This document shows, one piece after another, positions 36,901 through 48,900 of a stretch of DNA of 64,000 nucleotides. A program made the translations under genes and the position numbers. The first letter of the stretch is position 1, and each line of letters begins with the position of its first letter. Origin of the DNA: Leucoraja erinacea. Lineage: Eukaryota. Under the pieces are notes generated by a model that made no database searches, had not been told where the DNA came from, and saw only the letters and a list, made by a program, of their open reading frames with translations. Location of the stretch: assembly GCF_028641065.1 (NCBI RefSeq), contig NC_073406.1:11222001-11286000 (forward strand). Direction: 5' to 3'.

Positions 36901-39900
36901 AGAGATGTCGGAGACGGTCCAAGTGAATTTGAGTGCAGGATGGAAATTAGTCGTGAAGTTGATGAAGTCAGTGAGTTTTGCATGGATGCAGTCGTCAATG
37001 TTGTGGAGTTAGAGTTTGGGGATAGGGCCAGTGTACGCCTGGAACAGTGATTGTTCGACGTACCCAACAAAGAGGCACGCCCAGCTGGACCTATAGCTAC
37101 GCCTTGGATTTGGAGGAAGTATGAGGAGTCAAAGGAGAAGTTGATATGGGTAAAAGGACCAGCTCTGCTGGGTGGAGGAGAGTGTTACCAGATGGAAATT
37201 GTCTGGTTCTGCAGTCGAGGAAAAATGAAGGGCTACCAACAGTTTCGTCCTTTATCAGAAATAGCTACTTTGGGACAAAAGAGATGATAGCACTTGTGGA
37301 TTTATTAAAACACAAATTTAGATAGCAGCATATGGGGAAAATGAGATTCCATCTACAGTTTTCAAATCAGTTTGCATTTTTTCCTCAAGACAGCCATTTC
37401 AAACTAAGATGACTGATTCAGCACAGTAATATTGTCAAACAGTATCATTAAAAAATCAGCAATTTCCCTATTGTCCTCCCTACTGAAAGATAATTGTTTC
37501 AATGCTTAATTTTCAATGAAAAGGACCTGAACTATAATCAGTTGTCGGACTATCACCAAACTGCTGTAAATTATAATATTTTCTATATTTAGATGCCAAT
37601 ATCTCAATAATCACAATCATAATACCTCTAGCATGAACTGTTCAAGCTAATTAGATGTGGTTGCTTAATTATCTTATTTGGACATCAGCTGATTTCTATT
37701 CATGGTCAAATTAGATCAACTGGAATTACTCATGACATCCAACAGGTAACATTAATGGATCAACAACTATGTGATTCCTAAGTTCTGCAAGAACAAAATA
37801 ATGCCACATCATAGTTTTTGTTGATAATTTGCTGATAAGTACTGGTAAGGGAAGCGAGAGAATAATTATGTTGCATGATTCCTACCTCAGCAATTATCAT
37901 TCATGAAAAATTATAAACAGTATTCAGCTCTCTAACTACAAAATGTAAGTATTTGTGCGTCTGAACTGCGTGACATGTTGAAGTCAAATAATTAAATCAC
38001 TATATTAGAAAAGTCTAATTTTAACTAATTAAAGTTCAGAGACCTCTCACTTACAGATTGGTTTATTCCATGAAAACAGCCAACTACATTACATTTCCAT
38101 GACAGCTTCTCTCACAAATGAGTGCACGTTGAAGATATATTTCAGAACAGAATTTAAGCCACATTCCTATGTAAAATGTAATAGTTATAGGATAACACGT
38201 TACAGGATAGTCACCCACAGATTGCAGGTTAAATTCCAATTGTGGCATGGCAAACAATTTAAATTCAGCTTCCAAATATATTGCATGAAAAAAAAGGTAA
38301 CATCAGTAAGAGTGATTTCAACCTATATGATTGTGTGAAAATCAAATTTGGTAACCCATTTGCTTCAGAGAGGGAAATATGCTGTCCCTATGTATCTAAC
38401 CATAAGTACATTCAGTCTCACAAAAGTGGTTGAATCTTAACTGCTATCCCGAGTGGCTAAGCAAGAAGCGCCTCAGCTGTATCAAGTCACTACAAAGATG
38501 ACCAAGAATAAAACGAGCCGAACGGCTTGCCTATAACTTCAGCATTGAACTAGTCCCCCTCTGCACAGCAAGAAATTTGCCATTGATTAGTCTGAGACCC
38601 AAGACAGATAACAGGAAAGTAATTAATGATGGGAATACTAAAATAAATCAAAATGGAGTAAAGGAATGTTGACAAAACACCTGAAGCAGGAAGGAGAAAG
38701 CATGAAGCAGGAAGGAGAAAGCATTATTTGGTATCCATGAGTTATCCAGGTGATTATTTGTTGAAAGGATGGAAAAAAACATTTTAAGATCCACACCTGC
38801 AGATACATTTTATTTCTGCACATCTTCCTTTATTCTTGAAAACATAAAATCTACGTAAATGTTCTTATGTAGGAATCTACCAAAGAAACTAAAATACCTG
38901 GAAATTATTTAAATCTTGCAAACCCCAACTTGCTCATTTTATTGCTTTTTCATACATCAGTACCCAAGAGAAAATAAACTAAAACTGAACAAATATTGAT
39001 CTAAACATGCACATTCCTATTAAAAAAAATCACAACAATGACTTAAATGATGAGCTAAATATCTATAGCTGACTATCTGACTACTTTGCTACATGATTGA
39101 AGCATTTATTTTTTTTAAACTGGTATACAGTGACATGCCCTGAGAATCTTATGTACTGGGACTTAAACTCCACCTTTCTATCCAGTTAGGATATGGCAAG
39201 TTTGGGCCAAGACTTGGCTGGCCACCTTACCAGAGCCCATCCTTTCTCACTTCCTGCAGGCAATAAAGACTGTTGGCAGAAGCACGAAACAGGTCACCTG
39301 CCTGTGTATTACTATTGAAATTAGAAAAGAAAAAAAACTGTAACTGTTAATTATATATATAATTTATTAAAAGTAACTTTTTAATATATATTTATATATA
39401 TATATATATTAAAAAGCCTGTAATGTTTTCCCTCGTGAATCTTAAGGTATACATGCCTAGATATAGTTTTAAAAAAACAACTTTTTCTATTTAAAACTCA
39501 CCACACAGTGGCTGAACTCCTGATTGGGGCCACCCTCTGCGCCTTGTTTCTGAGGCTAGACATGAAACAGAACATAAATTTGTTTAGCCTCAGATCCCAA
39601 TATTCACTGTTGCTCACTGCTCATCCAAGGCTAAGCATAGAAAGATCCCATTTCAGTGCCAGGCCTTGGAAATGTGGCAGGAGTGAAGTGACAATTCTAG
39701 CAGCTATTGGGTGAAAATAGTCAATCTCTTAAAAAGGTGTTAAGTTTTTGAAAATTTATCCAATGGTCAGAATTATTTTCCTGCTTTCTTTCGTTAGATT
39801 TTTCACATAGTAATAGCATTGTTCTGGGATCCATTCCAGAAATATAGAATCCAGGGAATGGATGGTTAACAAAAACAGTAAAAATGGGTAGCAAACAAAT

Positions 39901-42900
39901 AAATCAAACAGCCAGTTTGATTTTAAAATGAATAATATTATATAAACCCATTAAAAGAAGATCTTGCCATAATTGGGTTTGTAATGATCCTAATAGACAT
40001 TGCATTGCTTTGCATAACAGACCAAATAAGACTATTTAAAATTTTAGACATTAATGTCATTCACATTCTTGGAATAATTTTTAAACATCAAGATTATTCT
40101 TGATGTGAAATGCAGGCAGACATTGTCATCAACTGAGTTTGAGATAAAATATGCTCTTTTCTAGGGATTAATGATAACATGCGGATAAAAAAAAAAATCA
40201 CGGGATTTTATTATTGTTTGCACCTATGCCACTTGACAGGAACTTGTCAAACTTATGGTAAACTTTACTGGTGGGCCTCTATATCCACTGCGTTCACTTC
40301 ACTGGAGGAATTGCTGTCAAACACCTAAGTGAAAGTTCACTGGCTGAATATATTTCATCGCACATGGACAACAACCATCTCCCCAACATGCTACAGATTG
40401 GAATCATATGCAAAAAGTGAACAGTGGAAATTATAGCACAGTTGGATATAGACCTGCTATTTTCACCAAAAACACTGGAAGCACAAATAACAGCAGTAAA
40501 GTACTGCATTTTTCTGGTCTTCATGAGCTGCAGCTTGGTCTTCAATTGCCTCTTAATTTGAACAATGTTCCTAATGTAGCAAATACAAGACAGTGAAAGA
40601 AAGATCCAAATCTCCAGTAGAAATCTGCTTAACAGGGAATAAAAAAAATTAAACGCTCTCAAAAGTCTAACTGGTATGGAGATTTTATAAACCAAAATAG
40701 TTTAACCAGTTGCACAAAACAAGATCAGCTTGCCCCGTTTACCTTTGGCTTAAATAAGCAAACATACCCAATGAAACCTGTATAATTACCGTGAATAAGA
40801 TAATCCTGATAAAATGGACGAGACAGAAAGTCTTATAGAGTATATCAAAATTTCCAACTACATTTTCTTTGCCACCTCACCTGCACACACTCAGCAGAGT
40901 TTATTTCAATTTTACCATTCATCAAGAGATGCATCAATATTAGTTTTCTGTTATGGCCTTTTGATTATTAAAAAATCCCTCTCTTGCAATGTGAGCATGC
41001 TCGTATTTGTGTGTGTCAGCGTTTGTGTGTGCAGATGAATTGTAACCTAAGGATAGGTAACTGCCCAACTGATTGAGCATATGCAGAATTCAATAAGGTT
41101 AGTTGCATCAATGACTAATTTAGGATTTCGATTGAGAATTTATTTTTAATTCCTGACATCACAGTACGTGAACCACCAGTGAGCCAAGGGAGACAGAGAC
41201 TTTACCTGCTATGACGGGCAAGTTGCGTCTCCCTCTGAATACTAATGAAAATTGGAACCGTCTAGGATACACCTTAAATTAGCTTCGTACCACATCTATA
41301 TGGGGTTTTTTTTGGGGGGGGAAAGGGAAGAGAGAAACTAAAGCTACATTAAAACTTTATGAGAACTGATTAATAGTAAGGCATTTTCCATTCTACATTT
41401 CAGCTGAAATTTACATAGACATTAACTGAGAATGAACTACCCGTTGCATTTACCTCTTAATTAAACAAAGTAAATTAGTTGAACACAAACCTGGATTTTG
41501 ATTTCAGATGAGAATCAGTTCAAATCTTTCATCTGCCGCCTAAATTTTTCTGGTATTACTGCTCTCCAAGTTACTAGGCACCTCCAGAGTTTTTTGAAAT
41601 TATTCTCACCAGACCATCACAATACTTTGACATAATTAAGCCACAACCAATTTTGAAATCACAGATTGGGCTACCAGGCAGTAGCGTACGCAAGGAGATT
41701 CAACAATATTAGACTGCAAAAATATCTTGAAGAAAATAAACATCTTCATTTGAAATATCGCGATTGCTTAAAATAACGGGTCTACTTGTAATTTGGCAGT
41801 GTGTAATTATATAATTCAAGGAATCTCGGAAAAAGTGAACAGAAGGCACAGAAACGTCTGAGAGTATGATCATATGACTTTTGCCAAAACATGGTTTAAG
41901 ATGGGGAGAAAAAGTAGCTCAAGATTCCTGGGTCACATGGCTGGAGGAGAAAGAGAGGATGTATACCAATATTCATTTTAGAAATTACTACAGATGTGAG
42001 GAAAGATCGTATACTAGAAAAGTCAAAGTTAATCTGAAAAATAAAGAAGTTGTAATCGCATTGCTTAGATCGTACCCAAGGCTCCAAACAGGACTGAACC
42101 GAACAGGAAGGTTTCTGAGAAATGGACAAATAATAACAACATTTTTATAAAATCATACTCAGCAAATCCAAGGAGAGGTGGGGACTGGACAACTTTAATT
42201 CATGAGCTTGGGGCAACAGGAAGGATGGCAGAGCGAGAATTATAAAAGCACCAATCATCATTTTGAGTTTACAATGAAGGATAGACATAACTAGGAGTGA
42301 AAGCTATAAATTAAGGTAAAGTCAATCTTATCAGGGTGACATCGTTTAGTAATTGTGGACTGGAAATAGACACAAAGAGTAAATTAGTTGCAGAGAAGTG
42401 GAAGTCACCGGCAGGCGGAGACAAAACGTAGTAACGGAGGAACCTTGATGAGCTGATAACTTGAAGTAATTTAATCGAATAGCTTAAAGTAGTCAAAATT
42501 GCTGGAGAAACTCAGCGGGTGAGGCAGCATCTATGGAGCAAAGGAATAGGCAGCATTTCAGGTCGAGACCTTTCTTCAGACATGTTGGGGGGGGGGGGGG
42601 GGAGAGAGAAAGAATTGAATAGCTTGATTTTTTTGACCAATGTGGACACATTTGGGATAAATATTTTCACCATATATATAAGTACATATTTCTAGGAATT
42701 CTAAATGACGTGTTCCTAGACACCATTCACAGGCATTCATAACTTTCTAAAATGTTAACACAATGAACTTTTGGCTTACCAGATTTGTCTCAATTATTTA
42801 CTGAAAATTAAATATCAATCAACAATTTACTTGTCAATTACAGCAAAGACTCATACATTTGCCTTGCAATGCATTACAATTTGGGGCAACCAAAATTTTA

Positions 42901-45900
42901 CAGAAATTATACAAGTGGATCATTACACTTACTGAACCATAATATGTGGCGCCGTATTCTTTAAACATTTAGATAAACTAAATAAATCATCTCAGATGGC
43001 TGGGCAATATGCAATTTCAAATCTAGTTTGTTGATTACATACCTTCACACCAGCATCAGCATTTTTGCTATTAAGTGTGCCACAGATAAAAATCTGCAGG
43101 ATACCATAAACTGTATACTAAATTTTAATTGAACTTGCACTCTAGTTCCAAAAGCTATGTTTAGTTGGCAAGAATAATCTAAAAGACGTACACCATCAGT
43201 AAAATGCTGTACTACTGCACTTGAACCAAAATGATTTGATGATACACCAATATGCTGCTTGTGCAATGGTTTAGTTGCTCTTATTAGGAGTATTGATGCC
43301 AGGCATGCAAGCACAAGTACTTCACCACAGATATATAACTCAAAACTTTTGCCACTGGTTATCTAAATGAGCAATCTAGGTTAACTCAAATTCCATCCTA
43401 AAAACATCATGAAACTGAAATCAATACATCTGGTAATTTGTGGACTAATACAAGGAAAATGGCCCGTGAATACTGCTGTTGCTGGACATGCATTGCAGGA
43501 TTGGAGTTACATGGTTGACCCTCAAGGTCTTTTTAAGAGAGCATGAAAAAAAAATGTGGATGGAAGCCCATCATATAAGCATAACTTGGAATGGTCGGAA
43601 AAAGTCTCTCCACCAGTATCCAATTATACTCACATAAATATCTAATTTCAGACGATAAATAAATAGGCAAGCAGTGAGTACATCGATTTTACATTAGAAA
43701 GTATTGCTCAAGGTTTTCTTATTTCCAATGTTGACTATTGTATCTATTATCAACAACAACCAACTTGGCTCACAGCAAACTTCTGTTTAAAACAGCTAAG
43801 ATGAACTGAGAAACCAAAAGACGATTAAGTGCAATCAATTTCATGAGCTCAGAATAAATGCCATTCAATCTATTCTTTTTTTTTTTTTTAATCCTCAAAT
43901 TTTGTTAGTGGCTTACTACTTACCATAAGTAGTGAAATCACCAGGACCTGGTCCAGAATAGAATGTACCAGGAGGCGGCTGAACAGGATACTGCTGTGGT
44001 GGCCCCATATACGGAGTCGCACTGGGGCGGAACTATTATAAAAGCACAAACCAAAATTAGTTTCAGCGCATGTCATTTCTTACGAACAACACTTCAAATA
44101 CTTCTAAAAAAAAAAACTTCAATTGATTTTGTTGAAAATAATTATCACAATAAAGTGACATTATATAACTTTTGGATTGCAGTCTTATCCCAGATTCAAC
44201 ATAGCAAAATACAGATGCTGGAAACACTCAGATCAGATAACATTTGTAGAGAGAAAATGTTTCAGGTTGAATGACTTTTCAACAAAACTACAAAATCTTA
44301 GAAATTAAACACATTTTAAAGTAGCATGGGGTGGGGCAGTGAGAACAGGCAAACATTTGTGAGATTTATTGAATGAAACAAGTGGAGGTGGCATCAACAA
44401 TGGGGATGAGAAGTTCGGTTAATCACAACTGATCAACCCGAAAGGAATGGGATAGGCTCATTATCTGAATTCAATATCGAGTCCTAAGGGCAGTAACATG
44501 TTTGGCTAAAAGATGAGATGCTATTCCTTAAGCTTACATTGAGCATTCTTGGATCTGTGTAAGAGCCAAAGTCAGTGAGTGCAATAGCGAATTGAAATGA
44601 CATGTAACTGGAATGTCAGGGTTACTCTTGCATACGAAAAGCAGGATGTTTTGCAAAAAGTTCACCCAACCCACATTTGACTTCTCCAATGCAGAGGAAA
44701 CCACACTGTGAGCACCAACTGCGGCACGTTAAATTGGGAGAAATGCAACTGAAAGGAAGAATGGTCTCTACCCGAAACTTCACCCATTCCTTCTTTGCTG
44801 CCTGGTCCACTGAGTTACTCCACCAATTTGTGGCTATGTTCTGAACTGTAGCTTCACCTGGTTGGGACCTTGGATGTTAGGTCAAGGTAAAATGGAAGAT
44901 GCTTTAAGGAGAACTAATTTGGAGATACAAGATTGAACCAAGGATTCCTGAAGAGCCTGGTTCCTTCAGAATGCTGAAGGGACCGAAAGGACTACAGGGA
45001 ACGTGCCTTCCACGGTACATGCAATCTCCTCAACATTCACTCCTCTTATTACAGCATCTTCACATGCAACCACAGAAAATGAAAGCCTGTCTTTTTATCT
45101 CTTCTCTTTCCACCTTACAGGAAGAGATTTAAAAATCACTGCAAGGACAAGCCAAGGAACTATAGGCTAACTACCGACCCTATCAATGACAGGCAAGTTA
45201 TTATCTGGGATTTTGAGAGACAGGATATATTTGCATTTCGAAAGCCACGGAATGATTAGGGACAATCAAAAATGACTCAAAGTGCTGGATAACTAAACAG
45301 ATCAGGGTGCATCTCTGGAGAACATGGATTGGTGATGTTTCGGGTCGAGATCCTTCTTCAGACAGCATAGTAGGCTTGTCTTAGTGCATGGAAAACAGTA
45401 TTTCATTAATTTAAGTTTTTGTGAAGACCTGATCAAGAGAATTGACAAATGCATGGCAGTAGACAAGAGTCAAGTCAAGAGTGTTTAATTGTCATATGTA
45501 CTGAAAACAGAACAATGAAATTCTTATTTGCAGATGCACAATAGGTCTGTAAACACAGTACTCATAGGTAATGTAAACAAATTCAATAAATGAAAAGCCT
45601 CACTATTAGTGCAAAATTGGCCGAAGTCCTTAGTGCAAACAAGACAGTTCGTAGTTCATAGTTTAGTTGGTGTTTGTAGTCTTCGAGAGCCTGACAGCTG
45701 TTGGGAAGATCCTGTTCTTGAACCTGGAGGTCACAGTTTTCAGACACCTATACTGTCTTTCTGAGGGCAGGAGTGAAATGAGAGGGTGGCCAAGGTCTTT
45801 AATGATGTTGATTTCCTTTCTGAGGCAATGACTCCTATTGATCCTTTTGATATTGCGGAGGTCAGTACCCATGATGGATCGGGTGGTGTCCATGATTTTT

Positions 45901-48900
45901 AGTTATCTGCGCTTCGCTCCAAGCCGTTTGCGTACCAGGCCATGATGCAACCAATCAATATACTCTCATGTATACATGTGGGATTTCACAAGGTCCCACA
46001 TGGCCGACTAGTCCAGAAGGTGAAATCACATGGGATGCAGGATGAGCTAACCACCTGGATTTAAAAAAAATTGTCTTGGTGGAAGGAGTCACAGTACAGG
46101 AGTGGGGAGTTATTTCCATGTTGTGCGGTCTGCGATCAGCTGTGTGACAATTGGATCAGTGCTGGGTTCCCCGTTGTTTGCCATATATTAACAATTTGAA
46201 TGAGAATGTTGGTGACATATTTAGTATATTTGGGGATGACACAAAAATTAGTGATGAGGCAGACAGTGGAGAAGGCGTCTCAGGTTACAGCAAGGCCTAG
46301 TTCAATTGGGAAAGTGGGCAAAGGAATGGCAGATGTAATTTAACTCAGACAGGTGCAAAGTGATGCATTTTGGCTAGTTAAACCACTGCAGGGCTTAAGG
46401 CAGTATATGACAGGGCCCTGGGGAGTGTTGTAGAACAGAGACATCCAGACATACAAGTACATAGTTTCCTGCAAGTGGTGACATATGTAGACAGGATAGT
46501 GAAGGTGGCATAATTCACTGAATATACTCAGGGCAGAGTTCAAGCAAATTAAGGGATATGCAGTTAGGGCAGGAAAGTGGTACTGAACAAGAAACTAGTT
46601 TTGACATTGCTGAATGACAGTGCCGGCATGAGGGACAACATGACGTAATCCTGCACTAATGGAAGATGAAATGGTGTCTGGTGTGGCATCATAATGAATT
46701 TGGAAGAAATTAAAGAGGATGATCTGTTGAACATGGAGGGATTGATAGGCAAGGGGTGTTCTGTTGGAGGACAGGGTGTAACAACAAAAGTGTAGGAAAC
46801 TTAAGTAGTTGAGAACCATTATGGTGGATGGAAGCCACAAATAAGGGAGTAAAGGGAATTAAGTTAAATCAGTGGAAAAATAATGATTTAAAAATAATCT
46901 GAAAAAATGTATAGGATGCAATGTGACGAAGGACTGGCTGTGGGACAGGAAACAAAATAAATCCTTGCATAGCATGATCATGTCATCTGCACCATGCTGA
47001 AGGAGAGAACTGAAGAGCACAGAAATAGGTTCAATAGGGCAGATTATACTATTATTTTGTTTGGTTGGGTATCCATTCCACTGTGACCAATGAAGAGCAT
47101 TTGAAGTTGTAATCAATAGCTTGGATTAAGAGCTTGCTGTGTTCACACAAGGCCTGTACTAATCATTATTAACCCCTCTGGCATCTTTACCAATCAGTCA
47201 TACCATTTGGCAGGAAAAGCTTCACAATTTTGCCCACATTCAACCACTTGATTAGATAGTGATTAAATCACTATCACCTCTACTTATCACATCTTTAATC
47301 ATCCTAAGGTAGACAAAAGTGCTGGAGAAATTCAGCGGGTGCGGCAGCATCTATGGAGCGAAGGAAATAGGCAACGTTTCGGGCTGAAACCCTTCTTCAG
47401 ACTCCTATCTTTAATCATCCTAATTTGTTCATTGATTTAAATACTACAGTGGTGTAGTTAGGCTAAATACTACAGTGGTGTAATTAGGATGTCTCATCCA
47501 AGGCAGATTGTTTGAGTAACAAGCTATTCCAATTCCATAAATAGGAAATTTCCAGCAGAAATGGCAAGTCTTTCACTCAACATCCTCACATATCACATTT
47601 TGAACTAGATTTACATGATACAATAAACTAAACATATGGAATTACATGAAACCAACATTGATACACTTCCATTTATGAACGTTAGCTCATCGATAAAGTC
47701 TCATCTAAATTCCAATTTGAATTATCCAAAGTTTTGAAATGTTTAAAAAAAATAAAATATAACTGATTTCTGAGCAGATTGTAAAATACAATATCCCCAG
47801 GTGTGCAGAGACACAACTGATTACAAGTACTTGTCACCCTCACACTACAAATGTATATAGGTTTATTTATAAAGAAAAATAATACTACTAGTTCAAATGA
47901 TTAATATTTAAAGTAGTAGTTACTTCTCTTACCGGATTTGCAATGTAATATGGAGCCTGAGGGGCTTGGGGATATGGCACAGGTGGATTCATCATTATTA
48001 TAGGTCCTTGGCTGGGCGGATAGACTGCAGCTGTTGCAGTCTGTGTCCCTGGACGCATGGAAGGATTATTATTCTGTATGTTAGGTCTAGTAGGTTGCAT
48101 TGGCGGTCTTTGAAAAAACTGCAGGAACAAAAAATGTAAAAAATTAATACACTTACTAATAATTCATAAAAAGCATTGCATACACACCATCCTTTTAAAT
48201 CGCCTTAAAAAATTGCAGAAAATGATTCATTCAAAGACTACGCTCCAATTTTTTGAAAATAAGAACTCAACTGATGAATATATGCCGGGGGCACTGCACT
48301 TGGGCTGGCCACTTTCCCCAGTAATAGGTCTCCATCTCAAGGACAGCAGTAATCTAAAAAAGCAGAAGCTCACCACTAGTGAACTCCAGTCTTTCAACTG
48401 CCATGTTCTACAGAAGCACACATCTTCTCAGTTACATTAGAGGGACATTAGCCTACGTGCATCATGACCTCTAGAAGGATCTCTAGATAAACGAACTAGG
48501 GGACAATCATTGCAATTTAATTAATTGCTCAATAATTCAAAGTAGTTTATAGAGAGAGTACAGAGGAGATTTACTAGGATGTTGCCTGGGTTTCAGCGCC
48601 TAAGTTACAGAGAAAGGTTGAACAAGTTAGGTCTTTATTCTTTGGAGCGCAGAAGGTTAAGGGGGGACTTGATAGAGGTCTTTAAAATTATGAGAGGGAT
48701 AGACAGAGTTGACGTGGATAAGCTTTTTCCATGGAGAGTAGGGAAGATTCAAACAAGATCACATGATTTGAGAATTAAGGGACAAAAGTTTAGGGGTAAC
48801 ATGAGGGGGAACTTCTTTACTCAGACAGTGGTAGCTATGTGGAATGAGCATCCAGTGGAAGTGGTGGAGGCAGGTTTGATTTTATCATTTAAAAATAAAT

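Noticed and set aside
47438-47488. CRISPR-like direct repeats
   Set aside because: Two adjacent copies without spacers in eukaryotic intron DNA; a simple tandem duplication.
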